Assembly: GCF_001194135.2 (NCBI RefSeq)
Contig: NC_068991.1
Span: 65,627,776-65,691,626, forward strand
Source of the DNA: Octopus bimaculoides
Taxonomy: Eukaryota
Reading direction: 5' to 3'
DNA length: 63,851 bases
The notes beneath the pieces were generated by a model, which saw only the letters and a list, made by a program, of their open reading frames with translations, had not been told where the DNA came from and searched no databases. Both the position numbers and the translations under genes were made by a program. Each line of letters opens with the position of its first letter. The stretch's first letter is position 1. Positions 49,034-61,000 of this stretch are shown one piece after another.

Positions 49034-50519
49034 GAAATTCCAATCAAGCAGTGGCTCTTGGACTACAGTGATTCATGGAAAGGAAAATATTAATGACTTT
49101 AATGAATTAATTAATTATGTAACAAAACACATGATTAAGTCACAGACATTCAGAATTCTTCACAATGTAGTAATTATCTCTCTCTCACACACACACACAC
49201 ACACATACACACACATTATTTGAATGAATGATTTAAACCAATTGAAAGAACAAGGTAGCTATCTATAACAAAGCAATAGTTTTATCTGCTCTACTAATCA
49301 GCAACAATATATTACATAGAAGATGGATAATTAAAGTGTCAATCTCATACTGAAACACAGAGTGCAGCTACTCTTTCATACAGACATATCAACTAAGAAA
49401 TAAAAGTAATTTTCACTTTCTCAAGACATTAACCAAACCTCTTAACAATGGTAATTGATTGATATTGCTTCTATCAGATACCTTCTCCCTGTTCCAACAG
49501 AATCTTCCAAATGACTTAACTTTGTTAAATGAAAGCCTGAAGGAATTAATAGACACTGTAACCAGGAACTAGGAATGTGGCAGGAGCCAAACAGAAAGGC
49601 CTGACACTTGGCATAGACTTGGAATGTGTGTGGGGGGTGTAGGGGAAGGCAGCTGGGTTGACACTCCACACTCAGTATATTCCACAGTTGAATTAGAACA
49701 GTCACAAACAGTGAAAGAAGACATGCACCCAACACCAGAGCTGAAGACACCTCCGAAAGGAGGGGCCCCGCCACGTCAAAACGGTAGAGGAGTAGGGGCC
49801 GAAACCGGACGTGGTTCCTCCTGATGATGTCTTCAGCTAACTGGATCCTATAAAGGAGCTGTTGTGGTAGCAGACCACGAAACATGGTTGAAATTCCTCC
49901 TTCCTGTTACTGCTTTTATCAATCCTTGTAGGAAGAAAAACAAAGGTCATCTCTTAATGTGATCTGAACTCAGCATAAAGGGACCAGGCAAAATACTGTA
50001 AGTGCAATGTGCTGCCATTCCTGCTTTCTCTCCACTATGATAGTGTTAATAATAACAAAAGAGTGTGAACACTAGAAACATCAGCTATTTATTGAGTATG
50101 AAGAATGGAGATAATTATCAACAGTTGATATATCAATTATCCATTGTCTGTGAGCAGTTGAGATATTAACTATTAATGTAGTGTGAACAAAAGAGATATC
50201 AGCTATCAGTCAAACATGAGAGAAGCTGTAAGTCAATTTTGTTGAATTCCATACTGTGAATTAAATGATTAATAATAAAAACTCAAATTCAAACTGTGTA
50301 CAAGTTATGAGGAGCCATTCTGCCAAACTTACACATTCTATAATAAAATATAATTGGTTGATCACATATCCCTGGGCAAAACATGAGCAAGTCACAAGTT
50401 GATGCCTGTTCCTTACTGAGAAACTAGCCTTTGGTCAACAAAAGAGTCATTTTAACATCAGTGAATATGAACAGTTTTTTGCTGAATTTTCCACAAGGTG
50501 GTACACATATTGTTGGTGC

Positions 50520-51460
50520 TCCTAGACATACAAAATCCACAATGCGTTTCAGGAAGAATTTCCTTCACAAGGCTTTCAACATTTACTAAAATAGGGCTTA
50601 TAGACCCTGCTCAAAAGATCTGGGTGTCAAGATCAATATGGGAAGATAGTCAAGCAATCCCACAATGATATAATCTTCCATGATTTTTCTTGGGAGCAAC
50701 AGCATGACCTCTTTTCCAATCAAAGCAGGTTTGTATATTTGCTCCAACACTCTTTGCATTATTTCTGGATGCTGCTTTTCAAAACACGGCAAGCAAGCTT
50801 ATCCACATAAGAGCAGATGGTGGGTTACTTGACCATGGTTAAGGTTCACTAGGAAGTACTATAATATTTACAATCACAAATTTCTCCTCAATGATGAGTT
50901 AACTCAGGTGGACTCATTTCCAAAAAATTAGCCAGAAAGTTATATATTCTGAATGTGTGTGCGGTGACAACGTTTAGCTTGTTGATAAATGTTTAAAAAA
51001 AAAAAAAAAAAATCTGAATTCATATCAATCTAAATCTCAAATGCTTGAACATGAACCATCAACCATCATGAGGACAAGACAACCACTATGTGTAGTGAAA
51101 ATGTTTAACTATTTGGGTAGTATAATTTTTGACCATAACAGCCTAGATATGGAAGTGGATTGCTGCATACAGTCTGTTAGAATTGCTTTCAGGAAGCTCA
51201 ATAATTTAACTATAGAAACATGAAACTATTAACAAAATACCAAGTATATTGAGCAGTAGTACCATCCTGTCTCTTGTATTTTGCTGAGACTTACACACTG
51301 AATCAGCAACATATCAAAATGCTGATGAGCAAGCAGTTATGATCAATAATGAACATTCCTTGGCAAGACCACATCTCCAACCATGAAAATCTGCAGCAAA
51401 TATGCTTGGTATTGAGTCTATCCTGATAGAATCGTAGGGGTGCTGGATCAGAAATATGAT
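50520..51460 (+). pseudogene. Decayed RTE (BovB-like) reverse transcriptase fragment
   Basis: KQVCIFAPTLFAL (QGxxLAPxLF-like), VVKMFNYLGSII...IAFRKL, CLLYFAETYTL and IPWQDHISNHE, with many frameshifts. Confidence 0.75.
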
Positions 51461-51567
51461 CCATAAAAGGCTGTACTCTAGAGTGAGTTAAAAAGGCAGA
51501 GGGCTATAAATAATGGAGTAGAAGTTACTAAGTTGATCTGAAACAAGAAGGAAAAGATAGAGCAAGA

Positions 51568-51612
<45 letters not shown>

Positions 51613-53794
51613 NNNNNNNNNNNNNNNNNNNNNNNNNNNNNNNNNNNNNNNNNNNNNNNNNNNNNNNNNNNNNNNNNNNNNNNNNNNNNNNNNNNNNNNN
51701 NNNGTGTGTGCGTGTGTGTGTGTGCGTGCGTGTGCGTGTGTGCGTGCGTGCGTGTGTGTCTTTGGTCTACAGTTCCACAAAAGAATGAAGCATTTGTAAA
51801 TGATTTTTTTCCATTATATTTTATCTTTTACATTTTGTCACAGGACTGGAGCCATATTGGCACATTGCCTTGAAGCATTTTGATGAAACAAATCAACAGC
51901 AGTTATTTTTAAGTCTGGTACTTATTCTGTTGGTCTCTTTTGCCAAACCACTAAGTTACAGGGATGTAAACAAACCAACCCCAGTTATCAAGCAGTGCAG
52001 TGGGGACCAAACACAGACACAATGACACACATATTATGATGAGCTTCCACACAGTTTCTTCCTGCCAAATTCACTTACAAAACACTGAATGGCCCAGAGC
52101 TATAATAGAAGACACTTGCCTTAAGTACTGCTGTCTGATGCTCATGCCATTCTTGAGACCCTTAGTGTCATAAGTAGAATGGCATGGCTACAAAACCAAC
52201 CTGCATATGTGACACATTAGGAAATTACAGATACTCAATGGTACTCACCACACTTCGAGACAAAGTATTTCCTACATTAGGAAACAGCCATAAATTCAAA
52301 GGAAAGGAAATTTAATTGACTATATTGTCATGCCCGAATAGATGGAGGAAAAGACAACTCCAATGGTAGTTAAGTTCAGTAAATAAACTGATGCAACTAA
52401 ATGCCACAAGGAACTTTGCCAATAGTTCTACTGACACTTCCACACCATTGCTTGTCTTTAGGATGAATAATAATTATATAGATTATCAGAAAAATAAACT
52501 GACACTTAAGACTTTATAGAATATCTAAGGAAATTTTAATCTGGTCACCTAATGGTTTTTAAATTTAAATCATCATCATCACCACCATTTAATCTTTTTT
52601 TCTATGCTGGCATGGGTTGAATGGTTTAGCAGGAGCTGGTAAGTCAAAGGACTGTGCCAAGCCCCACTATCTGCTTTGGTATGGTTTCTACAACTAGATG
52701 CCCTTCTTAATGCCAACCACTTCAGAGAATGTACTGGGTGCTTTTAACATGGGACTGGCACCGGAGACCTCACTAAGTAACTTGCAAGACAAGATCCGTC
52801 AACTGAAGTGGGGGTAGTAATAAGGGAAGGTGGATTTATGCCAGGTGATGAGAGGTTAAAGTGTAATAAAGGACTTTTGAAGGGGAAAAAATGTATCATT
52901 ATGACAATTTAATGACCTGGAAAAGTAGTTTAGAAGGTCGTTGTGGACAGAAGGTCTCAGATTCAATCTCATTGCATAGCATCTTGAGCAAATGTTCTTT
53001 AGAATAGACCAGGGTCAACCCAAACATTGCAAGAGAAATCGGGTTGACAGAAACTGCATGACAGTCTACTGAATAGATTTACCTGTAATTTAAAGGTCCA
53101 GCCTTTTCCCCACTGTGTGTTGGCATCTGTGACATCTGTGGAATGTTCATCCATTTACATACTAATTCAATGAGGAGGTAGTTTAGTTGATCAAAAACTG
53201 AATATTCATCGTCAACACTGATGGAGATCTATGTACTTACAGTTTTAATGTTATTTTGTAACTTAATAGCCATTGCAGTTTAATTGTTTTGGCAATAATG
53301 ACTTTTGCAAATATAAAAGAAATATTTCCATTTAAAACAGGATGTTATTGTTCCTGACTTGGGAACAAGCTTTGCTGGAGTTTAATGACTAATAACAGTA
53401 TTTGATGTCAAAAATATTTGAAGTGATATTGTTTAGTGTCTATATCATTATATAGGTAGACTGACAGCAGACATACCGATACACTGCTGTTATACTGTCA
53501 TAGGAGATTAGACACCTATACAGGACTTGTAAGGAGACACATGGAATAGTTAAGTAATATTAGGATAAACAACTAACAGAATCAATAAAGTGAAAGACAA
53601 ATGCCTAGTAGAGTTGCATCTCAACATTTTGAGTTCAGATTCTGTTGGGTTAAATTTACTTTTCATCAGCTTTGAAGTAGCTAAAATAAATATCAGTAGT
53701 TTTAAATACATGCAGTATTAGATACTTACAGTATTAACCCTTTGCCTGTCCTGTGTATCACATGTGATATGCATCCTATATGATACACATTCCC

Positions 53795-54177
53795 GTGGAG
53801 ACGCAATGGCCCAGTGGTTAGGGCAGAGGACTCGCAGTCATAGGATCGCGGTTTCGATTTCCAGACCGGGCGTTGTGAGTGTTTATTGAGCGAAAAACCT
53901 AAAGCTCCATGAGGCTCCGGCAGGGGGTGGTGGCGAACCCTGCTGTACTCTTTCACCACAACTATCTCTCACTCTTTCTTCCTGTTTCTGTTGTGCCTGT
54001 AATTCAAAGGGTGAGCCTTGTCACACTGTGTCACGCTGAATATCCTCGAGAACTACGTTAAGGGTACACGTGTCTGGAATGCTCAGCCACTTACACGTTA
54101 ATTTCACGAGTAGGCTGTTCCGTTGATCGGATCAACTGGAACCCTCGACGTCATAAGCGATGCACATTCGTAACAAC
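53795..54177 (+). mobile_element. tRNA-derived SINE, family A
   Basis: Same sequence as 4475-4887; 13-bp TSD gatacacattccc (53782-53794, 54178-54190). Confidence 0.9.
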
Positions 54178-55468
54178 GATACACATTCCCATATTTTGTT
54201 CAAGCACCAAAGTAACTTGGAACTTATGAAAGGAAAGCTTTATATTACTCAGAACAGATGAAAGAAGGGCTAACTAAAATTCTGTAAACAAGCATGGACA
54301 TTTGGGATAAACTTATGAAACTGCTTTGGACAGGTAAAGGATAGACTTAAAATTGATAGAGCATCAGATTGAAGGATGGGCAATATAACAATGTTCCTTC
54401 CTACAAACATGTGGAACTTTGTACATAAGTTAAGCATCAATATTAAATGAGACAGCTCCATATTTCCTATCAAAATCTGTGGTAAATGTGTATACAACAC
54501 TTTCTTGGATACATTTCTAATAAGTAATCTACTATGAAGTTTTAATTTTTAATATAATCAAGATTTGACCTATAGATATCATTGTTGAGACCCCAATCAT
54601 CTCTGCTGAAGAAGACTCATAAAACTGAAGCAGCTAATCAGTTTGAGTGAGTGTTTTGGTGCTGGTGGTGTTGTAGGCAAGGAGAGTGGAGCATCCTACC
54701 TTTATTGTGGAACAGGCTACAACAGCAGGTTGTAAAACAGGTGATCTGCATTTTACAGAAAATAGTGACATTGCTTGAGAAAATTTGCCAGTTATATTGT
54801 GCAGACTGGTTATATAGAAGCTCCTTTGGCTCATTAAGATCCTGTTACTTGGCAAATTAGATATAGGATACAGTAGCCTTAGTTAAACTGGTAGCTAGGG
54901 ATCAAATCACACTGTACAAGTTATGCACAAAATATGCCTTGGCTTGTTCAGATACATTAGTTGGTGTGGTAGATTTAGGATATAGCAAACTAATAACAAG
55001 AGATACAATCACATAATCATAAATGAGAAATAGTTTAGAAAATGATCATTAATATATATCCAGGGGTAATACTGAAACAGGATAAAAAAACAAAATCAAG
55101 GTGTGCATGTGTATGTAAAGGTGCTTGCATATATATCTCAGTGTGTGTGTGTGTGTGTGTGCGTGCGTGTGTGTGGCATGATCATGTAAAGAATCATGCT
55201 GAAAGCTAATACTGATTTATATCACTGAGATCTACCAATGGAACTGTCTTAAAACAGTATAGATGGTAAATGTGATGAATAATATTATATTTTAGAGTCT
55301 GTGTGTGTGTTTTTTTGTTTTCTTCTTTTTTAAAGTCATTTCCTGAAAGAAATGAGGACAACAGAACATTTCAATAATAAACAATAACAATAAAGCCAGA
55401 GAGAGAGGGAGAGAGAGAAAGAGAAAGAGAGAGAGATGATAGATAGATAGATAGCGAGAGAAAAATAT

Positions 55469-55505
<37 letters not shown>

Positions 55506-55720
55506 GTGATTATGTCTAGAGTGATTACTGAACATTCCAGGAGTTCATTTGGAATAAATATATAGCAATACATTTACTGTAGTATATAGAAATAGATGTT
55601 GATAGGCTGTGGAGGGTTAAAAAAAGAATGACAGTAGGGCAGCAGGGAGGGATGGAACGATTACATTGATAGTCAATCAGCTTTAAATGTTCCCTTTTAA
55701 GCTTTCAAGAGTGTCATTAA

Positions 55721-55768
<48 letters not shown>

Positions 55769-57483
55769 AACCTACTCGACTCGTAAATACTGCAGAAAAC
55801 TGAATGAGAAACTATCGTCATTATCACGATCATCACTGTTCTGAGAATATTCATTTTAATATAACTATTAATATGAAGATGATATGGAAATATATGCTAG
55901 ACATGCACACACATGTATATAATTCCTATTTCCATTGATTAAACATTACTTTTGGCATGCATTTAAATTACATTCCTCTTACACAGATAGAATAGCAGTG
56001 AGAGTGGAAGAATTTAGAGAAAGAGGGAAGAGAAATAGTGTGCAATGAATATGAGTGGCAATGGTTTGAGAAGAGTATTTAAACCAGGTAAAAAGCTAAC
56101 GACAGATCTAGGTAGGTAGCATTGTTGAAAGCAAGAACAGTAGAAAAATTTTTTTAAATAAATAAATTGGTATGTCTCATGAAAGAAAATTAATTCATAC
56201 AAACCAACATTGATGTTATTGCAGTGATGTGTACTGTAAATGAGACACTTCCATACTAAGCTAACATTAATCCAAAATGGAAAGGATTAAAAAAAAAAAA
56301 TTTTTTAAGTTAAGGTGAGTGGTTGTAAACATCCTAGAAGAATGACAATAATGAAGAATGACAATAAAATTGTTAACTTGAGAACTTGTAGAAATTGAAG
56401 AAAATTGAAGATTAGACAGTCAGCTAATCTTTTGTTTGACTGGTTTCTCTCATTTGGCTGTGACCATGCTGGGCCATCACCTTGAAGGGTTTTAGTCAAA
56501 CAAATTGACCCTAGAACTGATTTTCTTTCTTTTTTTTTTTTTTAAATAATCCTTAAGTCTAGTATTTATTCTATTGGTCTCTTACCAAACCACCGGGTTT
56601 CAGGTTTCAGGGATGTAAATGAACAAACACCAGTTCTCAAATAGTGTTGGTAGAGCATAATGATACACAAACACACCAGACTTCCATGTTTTCCATCTAC
56701 CTAATTCACTCACAAGGAACTGGTCATCCTGGGGCTATAGGAGAAGACACTCGCCCAAGGTGCTGCACAAAAAGGACTGAACCCAAACCCCTGTGGTTGC
56801 AAAGCAGGATGCTTAACCACACAGCCATGCCTGAAACCACATCAGAATATCAGGAAAAAGATACTGACATTTAGAGAAAATGGGATATTGTAGAAGGTTA
56901 AAACTCTCTTACTACAAACAATGGAATTCTACCCAATTACACCAGTTGATTTAGAAGAAGGGTACTATGAAAAGCTGTTATCTCAGATCAACCTTGATTG
57001 AGCAAATGTGATCAAAGGTGTTCCAGCCATGACCACCACATCTTTTTGTACATCTAGGATTACATTGTCCAGTGTGTCCTTTCTTTGTTAAGACAGTAAC
57101 GATGTGATTTTAGAGAATTTGGTTGATATTTCTAACAGGTTGAACAATCACATAAAAGTTCTCTTATTGGTTTCTTAACTATAAAATTGTTTATTTTGAG
57201 TTAATTCCATTTATTACCTGCTACAATAATCAAGCTGGAAAGCAAAATCTATAAATTGGGGTATGTGTTCCACTATACATTTTGTGTCCATATGACTTTC
57301 TAATAAGTATAAATATCACAATAAATTTTCAAAATCAAAAATTCGGAAAGGTTGAGCAAAATATAAGATTTCTATTTGTTATATTAAGTAAACGTTTAGA
57401 ATACAAAAACAAAGTGCTTAAATAAAAATATGCTTTACCATTCATCTCATAAAATTTAAGCCAAAATTTCTAATTAACCCTAA

Positions 57484-57942
57484 AGGCTCAGAGTTCCAGC
57501 TACTTCTGGCTGACAAAATACAAGATGTCAAAACACCACCGTCTCAGAATGCTATGTTCCAATGAGCTGGGTGTATTGAACAAACTGTCATAAAAGGGAG
57601 AAGTCATTCTCCAATAACATACACTACAGTGACTGGCATATTTTGCATCTGAACCTGTCTAGACGTGCTAAGAATAAATATATAAATAATCTTTCCAGAT
57701 ATCGCTGTATAATGGTGCAAATAATGATTTTTTTCTTCTTTGGTTGGTAGATATAAGCACCAATCAGAAAACAATTTGTTTACAGAAAGTAAAGACAAAT
57801 CCTGCAGCTTTGTCTAGGCTCAGAGTTCTGGCTACTTCCAGCTGACAAAGCCCATGTCAAAATACCAGCATCCCAGAATGCTGTGCACCAATGAGCTGAG
57901 TGTGTTGAATACACTGTTATAATAGAGAAATTACTCTCCTAA
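57484..57942 (+). repeat. Diverged direct repeat, ~130-bp unit, 332-bp period
   Basis: aggctcagagtt...ctgacaaa...atgtcaaaa...cagaatgct...ccaatgagctg.gtgt.ttgaa at 57484 and 57816. Confidence 0.8.
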
Positions 57943-59730
57943 GATGAATAAATATGTGAATCTTTCCTTTTGATACTGGTTTTCCAAGAAAAAGAAATAC
58001 CTTATGTTTTAAAGTATTCGGTGCTGCTTTGGTATGTGATCTACAAGAGTCAAATTCTACTTTAGTATGCAATCTACATGTTTCATTAATTTATCATAAC
58101 TTAAAACATTCTTACATATTTATACATTTATTTAAAAAGATTAAAATGAAGCAGATTTGAAACAAGTTTACTAATTTTATGGGCGAATTGAACGAACATC
58201 AGCTAGAAAAAAAATGATCAAAATTTTTGTACATTTTACACATTTATTATTAAGACTCGTGTATCACACTCTCTAACCAGACATTCTCTTGAAACTGATA
58301 CAGGTGTTTTCCTTGTTCTTGATGAGTATAACTTTTATTGTAGATCACAATATAAAGTGTAGATTGCATACCAAAGCAATTTCATGACACGTAGATTACA
58401 TACCAAAGTAGCACCAAGTATTCAATATTTAGATTGAAACCTTCTTTTATAATTTCATTGAAGTACCTTTTGTTAATTTATATCTCAGCTAGCAGCTTAA
58501 AAATGATGAAGTCAGTTGTTTGCTGATATTTGGAAAATAATCAAGAATTTGATGACATTTAGTCAAAACAAATACCACAAGGTTTTCTATCTGACACTAA
58601 TGAATGACTCACTCTCTCTGGTTCTGAGTTCAAATCCAGCCAAAGTCAACTTTGATAAAAAGGTAACCAGTCCAGGCAAAACTATAAGAATGAATGTAGG
58701 GCCAGAATACTTTGCTATATCTCTTCCAGCTATTTGTGTTCAAACTTCAAATCCTGCTACAGACTGCTACCCAGTTTAAAACCATCACCTGGTGCCATAA
58801 GTGTCCTTAGCAGAGTCCACTAGGTTGCTAGTATACTGACTATGTCTCTGGTTTGAGGACATCCTCCTTCCATTGAGATTGACTTTGCCTTTCATCCTTT
58901 CAGGGTCGATAAATTAAGTACCAGTTGCATACTGGGGTCAATCCAATTGACTGGCCCCCTCCCCCAAAATTTCAGGCCTTGTGCCTAGAGTAGAAAAGGA
59001 TATCTTCTTCCTTCCTTCCCACTAGTCTTGGAATCCTTGTAAATGGTCACAGGCACTGATAGACAATGCATTTCGCTAAAAATCTAGTCGCAAATGGGTC
59101 AACACTTTAGCATTTAAACAGTCATATCTGGCTTAAATATTTAACCCATTTTAATTTAAAACTGGTCAGATCTGCCTTCTTACACCTAACCTACAATGTC
59201 ACTTTAAAACTAAGCAAATCAAATCTTGAAGCTACAAGATAATACATGATTAAATGAAAGCAATGTGAATAAATAAGCACTATATTTAAAAAGGTGATCT
59301 AAATGCTAAGGAGTTAAATAGAAATGCTTTTTAATACAGGCAATTTTGCATGGGATGGTAACAGGAGGACTGAAGGCCAAGTTGGGCAGGTCAGTAGAAA
59401 AACAGTTTAAACAATTTCAATCTTGACAAGTATTTTAGTGATAAAATAATTAAGGTGGTGAGTGACTCGCTCAACAAACAAATGGTAAGTGTCTGTTTGA
59501 CCAAGGAAAATGAAACAAATACATACATCTAAATTCTGTCTTGAGAGTGTAATCTGACCACCACCATTATACCCACTGACATACCCACACATCCATCCTC
59601 TCACCACACACACACACACACACACACACCTATAAACACAAGTATGGTTATATAGTAAAGAAATTCCTTTCATAAGTTAAAAGTTCCAAGTTCAATCCCA
59701 CTGCATGACACCTTGGGTAGTTTTTAACAC

Positions 59731-59936
59731 TACTCTTTTACTTGTTTCAGTCATTTGACTGTGGCCATGCTGGAGCACCGCCTTTTAGTGTCGAGCTAAT
59801 TGACCCCAGGACTTATTCTTTGTAAGCCTAGTACTTATTCTATCAGTCTCTTTAGCCAAACCGCTAAGTTACGGGGACGTAAACACACCAGCATCGGTTG
59901 TCAAGCGATGTTGGGGGGACAAACACAGACACACAA

Positions 59937-59975
<39 letters not shown>

Positions 59976-60138
59976 ACGCGCTTCTTTCAATTTCCGTCTA
60001 CCAAATCCACTCACAGGGCTTTGGCCGGCCCGAAGCTATAGTAGAAGACACTTGCCCAAGGTGCCACGCAGTGGGACTGAACCCGGAACCATGTGGTTGG
60101 TAAGTAAGCTACTTACCACACAACCATTCCTACGCCTA
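59731..60138 (-). mobile_element. SINE family B; older diverged minus-strand copies at ~9262-9632, 16855-17247, 22383-22620, 35131-35290, 38600-38830, 40490-40770, 51835-52120 and 56440-56832
   Basis: Shared blocks cagtcatttgactg, ccatgctggagcacc, taagttacggggacgtaaac and gaagacacttgcccaaggtgcc. Confidence 0.85.
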
Positions 60139-60569
60139 TATACAAAAAAAAAATTCTTTATATACTTCTAAAAAATTAGTGATAGCTTTGTTTTCAAGGT
60201 GACATTTTATAAAAGAGCTGTTCTATGTATACATACATGCATATATACACATGTACATATACGCACACATGTGGGTGCACGGCAATGGGGTTTATGCAGT
60301 TCACTTTCACAATCCTGCTGAACAGCACTTAGCAAATTATCTACTATAGCCTCAGGGTGATCAAATTTAGTGAGCAAAATCAAGCAAATGGAAATTGGAT
60401 TAGGAATCTGCTAGATATAGTGTTACTCTGATTCTGACTGAGGATTTCATTAAGGGTACAAGTGTCTATAAAATAACCAACCATGATAATTTAATGAGTA
60501 GGTAATCTTGGTGATCAGATAGCTGAAGCACTTTCTGGAGGAATGAACAGACTTCATCATTAAATAAAG

Positions 60570-61000
60570 TGATTGATAGATAGCTAGATAGATAGATAGA
60601 CAGATCAATAGATAGATATATTCGTTTGAAACAGATTAGACAAATGACAGGCATATATGGATAGACTGATAAACGAAAAGACAGACAAACAGACGAAAGG
60701 ATAGATGGATAGACAGATAGACAAACAGACGAATGGATACACGGATAGACAGATAGACAAACAGACGAATGGATACACGGATAGACAGATAGACAAACAG
60801 ACGAATGGATAACTGGATAGACAGATAGACAAATGGATAGGTGAATAGACAGACAGACAGATGAATAGATAGGTGGATAGACAGACGAATGGATAGGTAG
60901 AAAGATAGATGAACAGATACGTGGATAGATAGAAATATGAATAGACAGACATATGGATAGACAGAGGTGGACAGACAGATGGATGAATAGATAGATAAGA
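60570..61000. repeat. Compound GATA/GACA/GGAT satellite with a 36-bp higher-order unit
   Basis: ggatagacagatagacaaacagacgaatggatacac repeated ~3.5 times from 60707. Confidence 0.9.

Noticed and set aside
48831-49043. 70-aa minus ORF with protein-like composition
   Set aside because: Starts in a (GA)n tract, with no credible splice acceptor and no known motif.
49764-49815. HDV-like ribozyme reading of the P1/P2 pseudoknot
   Set aside because: No P3/L3 pairing and no J4/2 consensus; the hammerhead motifs fit better.
49850-49924. Possible terminal exon RLIKAVTGRRNFNHVSWSATTTAPL* of another minus-strand gene, with downstream in-frame UGA codons (selenoprotein idea)
   Set aside because: No upstream exons found, no recognised homology, a UAG precedes the UGAs, and no SECIS was seen.
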